NCBI GenBank assembly: GCA_048213135.1
Contig: PS015046.1
Coordinates: forward strand, 1-48,799
From: Reclinomonas americana ATCC 50394
Lineage: Eukaryota
Reading direction: 5' to 3'
Length of the DNA: 48,799 nucleotides
Made by a program: the position numbers and the translations under genes. This document shows positions 40,552 to 48,799 of the stretch, in pieces; the stretch's first letter is position 1, and each line of letters begins with the position of its first letter. Below the pieces are notes generated by a model. It was not told the DNA's origin and searched no databases. It was given only the letters and a program-made list of their open reading frames with translations.

Positions 40552-41383
40552 CGAGAGAGGACGACGAGAAGAAAGAAGAAGAGAGAGAACGACGAGTAGT
40601 AGTACGTACCGTAACCTAACCAACCAAAACCAAACGTCGTACTCGTTNNNNNNNNNNNNNNNNNNNNNNNNNNNNNNNNNNNNNNNNNNNNNNNNNNNNN
40701 NNNNNNNNNNNNNNNNNNNNNNNNNNNNNNNNNNNNNNNNNNNNNNNNNNNNNNNNNNNNNNNNNNNNNNNNNNNNNNNNNNNNNNNNNNNNNNNNNNNN
40801 NNNNNNNNNNNNNNNNNNNNNNNNNNNNNNNNNNNNNNNNNNNNNNNNNNNNNNNNNNNNNNNNNNNNNNNNNNNNNNNNNNNNNNNNNNNNNNNNNNNN
40901 NNNNNNNNNNNNNNNNNNNNNNNNNNNNNNNNNNNNNNNNNNNNNNNNNNNNNNNNNNNNNNNNNNNNNNNNNNNNNNNNNNNNNNNNNNNNNNNNNNNN
41001 NNNNNNNNNNNNNNNNNNNNNNNNNNNNNNNNNNNNNNNNNNNNNNNNNNNNNNNNNNNNNNNNNNNNNNNNNNNNNNNNNNNNNNNNNNNNNNNNNNNN
41101 NNNNNNNNNNNNNNNNNNNNNNNNNNNNNNNNNNNNNNNNNNNNNNNNNNNNNNNNNNNNNNNNNNNNNNNNNNNNNNNNNNNNNNNNNNNNNNNNNNNN
41201 NNNNNNNNNNNNNNNNNNNNNNNNNNNNNNNNNNNNNNNNNNNNNNNNNNNNNNNNNNNNNNNNNNNNNNNNNNNNNNNNNNNNNNNNNNNNNNNNTACG
41301 GTACGTAGTACGGTACGTACGTACGTACGTACGTACGTACGTACGTAGTAGTACGTCGACGTACGTACGTACGTCGTACGTCG

Positions 41384-41523
<140 letters not shown>

Positions 41524-41744
41524 AGGAGTGTAAGAGACGGAGTGTGTGAAGTGAGTGTGTATTCGTTCGCGAGACAACACCTTCTCTCTGCCTCTCTCTC
41601 TCTCCCTCTCTCTCTCCCTCTCTCTGTCAGACTCTCTTCTCTGCTTGTCTGTCTATCACTCTCTCACAAGTGTGTGTTGTCAGAGAGGAACAACACGACG
41701 CACCTGAGCGGTAAAACATTCACAAACGCACTCTCACTCTCTCT

Positions 41745-42039
41745 CTCTCACAAACACGCACACACACACACACACACACAAAGAGAGAGAAAGAGAAAGA
41801 GAGCTCTGTGCGCGCTCTTCTCAGTGAGAGAGACACAATCAATTGATCCAATCAGATCGTGAACTTTTGTTGTCTTGCGCGTCTGTGAGGACTCTCTCTC
41901 TCTCACGCACACACGCACACACACACACAAAGAGAGAGAAAGAGAAAGAGAGCTCTGTGCGCGCTCTTCTCAGTGAGAGAGACACAATCAATTGATCCAG
42001 TCAGATCGTGAACTTTTGTTGTCTTGCGCGTCTGTGAGG
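41745..42039. repeat. Tandem duplication of about 150 bp immediately upstream of the UBL5 ATG
   Basis: AAGAGAGAGAAAGAGAAAGAGAGCTCTGTGCGCGCTCTTCTCAGTGAG...GTCTTGCGCGTCTGTGAGG occurs at about 41781-41890 and 41930-42039, nearly identical. Confidence 0.85.
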
Positions 42040-42040
42040 G

Positions 42041-42066
42041 ATGATTGAAGGTATGTGTGAGTGTGT

Positions 42067-42097
<31 letters not shown>

Positions 42098-43023
42098 GAA
42101 AGAGAGAGAGAAAGAGTNNNNNNNNNNNNNNNNNNNNNNNNNNNNNNNNNNNNNNNNNNNNNNNNNNNNNNNNNNNNNNNNNNNNNNNNNNNNNNNNNNN
42201 NNNNNNNNNNNNNNNNNNNNNNNNNNNNNNNNNNNNNNNNNNNNNNNNNNNNNNNNNNNNNNNNNNNNNNNNNNNNNNNNNNNNNNNNNNNNNNNNNNNN
42301 NNNNNNNNNNNNNNNNNNNNNNNNNNNNNNNNNNNNNNNNNNNNNNNNNNNNNNNNNNNNNNNNNNNNNNNNNNNNNNNNNNNNNNNNNNNNNNNNNNNN
42401 NNNNNNNNNNNNNNNNNNNNNNNNNNNNNNNNNNNNNNNNNNNNNNNNNNNNNNNNNNNNNNNNNNNNNNNNNNNNNNNNNNNNNNNNNNNNNNNNNNNN
42501 NNNNNNNNNNNNNNNNNNNNNNNNNNNNNNNNNNNNNNNNNNNNNNNNNNNNNNNNNNNNNNNNNNNNNNNNNNNNNNNNNNNNNNNNNNNNNNNNNNNN
42601 NNNNNNNNNNNNNNNNNNNNNNNNNNNNNNNNNNNNNNNNNNNNNNNNNNNNNNNNNNNNNNNNNNNNNNNNNNNNNNNNNNNNNNNNNNNNNNNNNNNN
42701 NNNNNNNNNNNNNNNNNNNNNNNNNNNNNNNNNNNNNNNNNNNNNNNNNNNNNNNNNNNNNNNNNNNNNNNNNNNNNNNNNNNNNNNNNNNNNNNNNNNN
42801 NNNNNNNNNNNNNNNNNNNNNNNNNNNNNNNNNNNNNNNNNNNNNNNNNNNNNNNNNNNNNNNNNNNNNNNNNNNNNNNNNNNNNNNNNNNNNNNNNNNN
42901 NNNNNNNNNNNNNNNNNNNNNNNNNNNNNNNNNNNNNNNNNNNNNNNNNNNNNNNNNNNNNNNNNNNNNNNNNNNNNNNNNNNNNNNNNNACGCGTGTGT
43001 GTTTGTTTTATTTCTTTTTTCTT

Positions 43024-43064
<41 letters not shown>

Positions 43065-43161
43065 ATTGCGTCGGCAGTGGTACCTCATCTACAAGGATCA
43101 CATCACGCTGGCCGACTACGAAATCAAGGACGGCTCGGGCATTGAGCTGTACTACCAGTGA
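42041..43161 (+). CDS. UBL5: Ubiquitin-like protein 5 / Hub1; middle exon(s) lie in a gap
   Basis: Exon 1 is ATG ATT GAA G|gtatgt (MIE-V, 42041-42050). The last exon, 43078-43161, encodes [27 protein letters not shown], matching the Hub1/UBL5 C-terminus with its YY motif. Confidence 0.93.
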
Positions 43162-43360
43162 TCGCTGTGTGGAATCGGTGGTGTAATGTCGATGATTGAA
43201 TCGTGAATGTCGTGCGGCCACTTTTGTTGTGTCGCCTGAGGCGACTGCGCGATTGTTTCTCATGCCACTGGTGAAGGGGGCGATGATAGTGGAGGAAGCC
43301 AACGTACACTCCACGCGATACAAGCACTAGCGCAGAACACGAAGAGCAGCGTCGGAATGA

Positions 43361-46300
43361 TCAGCTCTTCCACACACGACCCTCGAGCAACTGAGCACAC
43401 GTCTTTCGCTGCGGAGCCGCCACCACCAACATCGTCTCCAACAATCCAACAGCAGCAGCACAACTCTTGCCAAAGTAACTCCGAATGTCACCCACAAGGC
43501 AGCCAACGGCGGCCTCCCACGTACCGTCAGCGGGCTCCTCAATGCCGTGGTGCCACTTCAACATCGTAGAGAACCCACTGGGAGCCATACTTGCGAGCCA
43601 TGCTCCAAGAGTAACACCAAGGGCCCACGTGTCCACTCGTTCGTCACCACAGCCGCAGTCCACAATCTCCGGCGCCTGTGTGTGTGTGCCGCACTCATTG
43701 TCAGACAAGTGTGCCTTATGCTGTTTGCTTTTCATGCCATACACACCTGATACCCCACTGTCCCCGTGCTTCGCGCGCTCATGCGCTGCTGCTGCCGCGC
43801 TCCACCACCGCCTTCCACCACACGAGCGTGATCAAAGTCAATCAGCACTGCGTGCCCACTCTCGTCCTTCATCACATTCGACGGCTTCACATCGCAGTGC
43901 ACGAATCCGGCTACGTGCAGCGCGGCGNNNNNNNNNNNNNNNNNNNNNNNNNNNNNNNNNNNNNNNNNNNNNNNNNNNNNNNNNNNNNNNNNNNNNNNNN
44001 NNNNNNNNNNNNNNNNNNNNNNNNNNNNNNNNNNNNNNNNNNNNNNNNNNNNNNNNNNNNNNNNNNNNNNNNNNNNNNNNNNNNNNNNNNNNNNNNNNNN
44101 NNNNNNNNNNNNNNNNNNNNNNNNNNNNNNNNNNNNNNNNNNNNNNNNNNNNNNNNNNNNNNNNNNNNNNNNNNNNNNNNNNNNNNNNNNNNNNNNNNNN
44201 NNNNNNNNNNNNNNNNNNNNNNNNNNNNNNNNNNNNNNNNNNNNNNNNNNNNNNNNNNNNNNNNNNNNNNNNNNNNNNNNNNNNNNNNNNNNNNNNNNNN
44301 NNNNNNNNNNNNNNNNNNNNNNNNNNNNNNNNNNNNNNNNNNNNNNNNNNNNNNNNNNNNNNNNNNNNNNNNNNNNNNNNNNNNNNNNNNNNNNNNNNNN
44401 NNNNNNNNNNNNNNNNNNNNNNNNNNNNNNNNNNNNNNNNNNNNNNNNNNNNNNNNNNNNNNNNNNNNNNNNNNNNNNNNNNNNNNNNNNNNNNNNNNNN
44501 NNNNNNNNNNNNNNNNNNNNNNNNNNNNNNNNNNNNNNNNNNNNNNNNNNNNNNNNNNNNNNNNNNNNNNNNNNNNNNNNNNNNNNNNNNNNNNNNNNNN
44601 NNNNNNNNNNNNNNNNNNNNNNNNNNNNNNNNNNNNNNNNNNNNNNNNNNNNNNNNNNNNNNNNNNNNNNNNNNNNNNNNNNNNNNNNNNNNNNNNNNTA
44701 TCTGGAGTGGCCGATTGTGCGCACCGTACTGCTGGCGTTGTTCGAGGGTACCAGAAAAAAGAGCGGCAGGTCGAAGTTGCGGCCGTGCCCCGGTCTGTCG
44801 AAGCTGGTTTTCAATTTGTCAAGTCCCAAGGTACGCAGTGCTACTACCTTTGCCGTGGTCTTGTCCTCTATCTCACTCGCATTCCACACTTTTTTGTGAT
44901 TGATCGCTTTGTTGCGCTTGCTGGCCAGCCTGGTTCAAACTCGACACACACCGGCGGAGCCTCGGATTCTGGACCAAATGTACAGGCGGACGACGGTACT
45001 ACTGATGGTGGTGGCGGTGGTGGAGGTGGATCGAGGATGCGCAAGAAGGTCAACTGCGACTTTGCCACGGCGCGCCTTGTCAACGGCCTGCCTGTGGAGC
45101 TGGCCGTTCTCCTGGTTTGTTGACGATGCTGCTACATCTCTCGTGTCACCTTGAGAGAGTGGTACTGATAGACGCCTTCTTCTCCTGCCAGCTGCGACTG
45201 CCACACACCGTTCCGCTGTTGCAATACTGGATCGATGCAGACCGTGGGTCGTACGAGTTCACCATGCCTCGACTGCAACCGTGTGAGCCGCAGTCTATCG
45301 AGGAGGCACTCGAAGCCACACGTGACGTGTGTGTGGCACTNNNNNNNNNNNNNNNNNNNNNNNNNNNNNNNNNNNNNNNNNNNNNNNNNNNNNNNNNNNN
45401 NNNNNNNNNNNNNNNNNNNNNNNNNNNNNNNNNNNNNNNNNNNNNNNNNNNNNNNNNNNNTGGAATCAGAGAACAACGAGTGTCGTGGTCATACATGTTC
45501 TGATAGCGGAACAAAAACGTCGACTGCAGAGGAGCAATCAGTCATTTTTCACAAGCTACGAAAAAAATGAACGATGCGTGCACACCTTGCCCCGAATGGT
45601 CTCCACAGTGGCTCTCATCCGTATCAAGATGACTTCGGTTCCAGTCTGATGCCATCCGTAAATTCGATGCTGCCTCAACTCCTCGTCGTCAACGTCACAA
45701 ACCCGCCGCCACAGACTGTAAGCCATTTGCAGCAGCAGAATGAACATATCAAGCTGACTGCCCGCACGTTCCGGCTTACTCGGCTTCAGCTCGCCAACCA
45801 ACACCGGATAATCACTGTTGAAAATAAACTGGAGGTCCGGTCGTGGGCACGTACGCGTGTACGGGAAAGCAGAGGCATCCATATTGATTGTCATTGCAAC
45901 ATCTTCATCACACTGCGCACAAAGATTGATCAGCATCGTCACTGACCACACCGAGATCGTAGAAATACGAAGCGCACCGCGTTGTTCAGCAGATGCTCGA
46001 CTGCCCACAATGACTTGACCTGCAACAGGGATTCGGAAACCGGTTTCTCGGAAAGCGTAATCAGTTGAAGCAAGCCCACTGGACACCACTTGTGAAAGTT
46101 GGCGAGCGGAAGGACGTCAGTCAGCGGCCACAATCCCTGGTCGTCGGGTTCTGGAGGCGGTGGCCTCGTAATGAGGTCAGCTGCTTGCACGCTGAATTGA
46201 AAGTGCGCAGACGCCTAGAGTGAGTTGCATATCTCGGCTGACGCACAGACTCACACATTTACGTGCCGACGCTGCTCCTCGGGTCGTCTTCGAGTTCTGC

Positions 46301-47839
46301 ATGGGATAGAACGCAGAGGAAACGAATGGGGAGTAAGCAACTTGCAGAGTGAGTGGGCAGCAGGAGAAAGGGAAAGTAGAGAACATCACCGACATTGGGG
46401 TAGACGAGAGAATGTGTGCGCGTTGCGCTGCCAGTAAGAGAACGAATCGCCCAGAATATTCAACGACCTTGAACATGAGTGCGTGTATGCTGCGGAAGAA
46501 GAGTGGGAGACGCAGAAACGAACGACAACAGAAGGTTGAAAACAATCATGAACTGCACAGAGACTATTGCAAAGCAGAATATACAGAGGGGATGAGATCT
46601 AGAGTGTGCGAGGAGGGGTCCATGGACGAGGTACAATCTGCAGAGACTGAAAACGAGCAGGCATGCTGGAAGTAAACAGACAGAGAGAAAGAGAAGAAAA
46701 AGAAGAAGACGACGGAGAAGGTTGACAGCAACCATGAACACAGAGAGTACGCAGATCATGCAAAGGGGATGGAGAGGGACGGATCCACGGACGAAGCACA
46801 ATTACCAGAGAGTCTGCAAGAAAGCAGACAACCTCCGAGATAGAAAGAAAAAGAGACAAAGAAGAAGAGTACAAGAGAGAAAGAGATACAAACTTAAAGA
46901 GTATGTGTACGTATGCTATTGATCTGACAGAAGTACGTGTTGGAGGCGCACTTTTCTCCAAACAACTGCGCGTATGGCTTGAGTACGTCGCACTCGTCAA
47001 TAAGCCACTGTCCCTCCATCGGAAAGGGATCTGGATCGTGCACGATCCCAACCGCACGCAGGGTTGCATTGCCGTCGTCTGACAGATTCTTGAGAATCAC
47101 ACTAGACGGCACTTGATTTCTCACGCGAACTGCACATCAGCGATGAGTGCGAGGGAAAGCAGTGAGCGCATCGATGAACAGACGAAACGAGCGACATAGT
47201 CGGCGTCCCTGATCACGTCGTCGGCCAACCACCTGCGGATTGTGAAAGCTGGTCGTGGGGTAAAGTCGCCAAAGACCTCCGCCGCCTCTGCATGCATGCA
47301 CAACAAACACGAATGATGTCACAAGCTGAACAAAACGGGAATGTCCAACGAGTATGGTGGCACACCTGCCACTGGCGGAGGATCTGGAGGCAGGAGTCGA
47401 ACTGCATCAGTGAGGGCAGCTGCAGCTGTCATCATGAGTGGCAAGCAGCAATCAATCACACACACTGTTGAATGCAGACAACTCTCTCCTCACACTAGAG
47501 AAGGCATTGATGAAGAGAACAAGATAGAGGAACAAAGAGGGAGAGAAACAAGGAGGATAACGAAGATGCAAACACGCAAGAGAGAAAGACGAGAAGGCGG
47601 AAAGAGGTCACGTCATCTCTCTTCCTTCATCTCCACTCACCATCCACAACAGTCGCCACGCATTTGCGCTCTGCAACCTTCCTGCGTTTGCGTTGCGGCT
47701 GCTCACAATCCTCTTGATCATCCTCTTCGCCGTCCACTTGCTCCTCGTCCTCCACGTCCTCTTCCTCTCCCTTCGCACCTCTCTTTCCTCTCTTTCCCTT
47801 CTTGCCCTTCTTTTGCACTGCTGCACGTCGTCGCTTCAT
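43361..47839 (-). CDS. Multi-exon PD-(D/E)XK restriction-endonuclease-fold plus protein kinase fusion (Crinkler/RHS-type architecture), copy 1
   Basis: Basic/acidic N-terminus. Nuclease motif SESLLQ...RPDLQFIFNSDYPVLVGELKP...QM (PD...ExK at 45840-45784). Kinase motifs RKKV...ELAVLL, HCDVKPSN, LIDFDHA, TGTVGYQ|APE and DTWALG. Segment 44699-45340 must be read on + (inverted contig). The start codon is tentative. Confidence 0.75.
44699..45340 (+). CDS. Linker and kinase N-lobe exons of the nuclease-kinase gene, assembled in inverted orientation
   Basis: Reads YLEWPIVRTVLLALFEG...SRMRKKVNCDFATARLVNGLPVELAVLL|LRLPHTVPLLQYWIDADRGSYEFTMPRLQPCEPQSIEEALEATRDVCVA, and joins in frame to the minus-strand contigs on both sides. 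Confidence 0.75.
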
Positions 47840-48182
47840 TCGAGCGGGCCACCCTTCGCTTCTTGTGTAAAACTCGTGACTCCCGTCCTACAATGTAAAC
47901 GTCGACGTTGCAATTGCTGTTAGCAATGGAACGCAACTCTGTGTGGATCTGGTGGAGGAGCAACGCGCTATTGATCATGTGAGGTGTGCATCTGTGGGTC
48001 CTCTCGCAGGCTGTGCACAAACATGTGAAAGTCGAGGAACACAACAAAATATGCGTAAAACACAACTCCATGAATAGCCGCTGACGCCCTCCAACTCTCC
48101 TTCGCAACATCGTACAACAACTGCATCGTCGACTTCATTTGCTGACGCCGCTCGGCAAACCAACCACCAGCGAGTCACCGCG

Positions 48183-48799
48183 TCAACGCTTCTCCGGTGA
48201 CACGCGAATGAGAGCAGACTCCGACAACACACCGCCTTCGAGCAACTGAGCACAAGTCTTCCGCTGCGGAGCCGCCACCACCAACATCGTCTCCAACAAT
48301 CCAACAGCAGCAGCACAACTCTTGCCAAAGTAACTGCGAATGTCACCCACAAGGCAGCCAACGGCGGCCTCCCACTTGCTACAGCTGCTGCCGTCAGCGG
48401 GCTCCTCAATGCCGTGGTGCCACTTCAACATCGTAGAGCACCCACTGGGAGCCATACGTGCGAGCCAGGCCCCAAGAGTAACACCAAGGGCCCACGTGTC
48501 CACTCGCTCGTCACCACGGCCGCAGTCCACAATCTCCGGCGCCTGTGTGCGTGTGAAGAACTCGTTGTCAGACATGTGTGGTTTGTGCTGTGCTGTTTGC
48601 TTTTCATGCCATGCACACCTGATACCCCACTGTCCCCGTGCTTTGCGCGCTCATGCGCTGCTGCTGCCGCGCTCCACCACCGCCTTCCACCACACGCGCG
48701 TGATCAAAGTCAATCAGCACTGCGTGCCCACCCTCATCCTTCATCACATTCGACGGCTTCACATCGCAGTGCACGAATCCAGCTCCGTGCAGGGCGGCC
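48183..48799 (-). CDS. Second tandem copy of the same kinase (C-lobe only; the rest lies beyond the window end)
   Basis: Near-identical by eye to about 43383-43927, including the intron: ALHGAGFVHCDVKPSNVMKDEGGHAVLIDFDHA...APEIVDCGRGDERVDTWALG. It has a 12-nt insertion (GSSCSKW versus GTW) and a different C-terminal tail. Confidence 0.85.

Noticed and set aside
40585-40647. Possible upstream ATG4 exon (NEYDVWFWLVRLRY)
   Set aside because: Low-quality TACG-cycling contig end with no reliable match to the expected ATG4 motif.
41297-41383. (GTAC)n palindromic repeat
   Set aside because: Matches the TACG flow order at a contig end next to a (GT)n tract; most likely a sequencing artefact.

Overview
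Intron-dense, GC-rich eukaryotic scaffold with many N gaps, short introns (mostly about 55-80 nt) and abundant (CA)/(CT)/(GA) microsatellites. A SHIPPO-repeat gene suggests a flagellated protist, but the taxon cannot be determined from sequence alone. Genes reconstructed by hand-splicing, in order: SH3+PH protein (-); Gln/Pro-rich hypothetical protein (-); RCC1-like beta-propeller (+); coiled-coil protein (+); intronless PQQ-like beta-propeller (+); DUF5808-like fragment (-); a giant SHIPPO/ODF3-type gene of about 75 exons and about 79 PGPGxY repeats (+, 15906-32379); HTATIP2/TIP30-like SDR (-); PPME1 (+); ATG4 (-); UBL5/Hub1 (+); and a tandem pair of Crinkler/RHS-like PD-(D/E)XK nuclease-kinase genes (-). 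Most notable observations: (1) seven frame-essential 5-nt microexons (GACCG/GCCCG), each supplying the Gly-Pro core of a SHIPPO repeat; (2) a recurrent GTTGCG(T) class of 5' splice sites with the conserved G at +6 rather than +5; (3) the nuclease-kinase array, whose middle contig is assembled backwards but joins in frame at both ends; (4) a 222-aa ATG4 insert exon carrying a WEEI LIR/AIM-like motif. All exon structures are manual predictions without transcript support.
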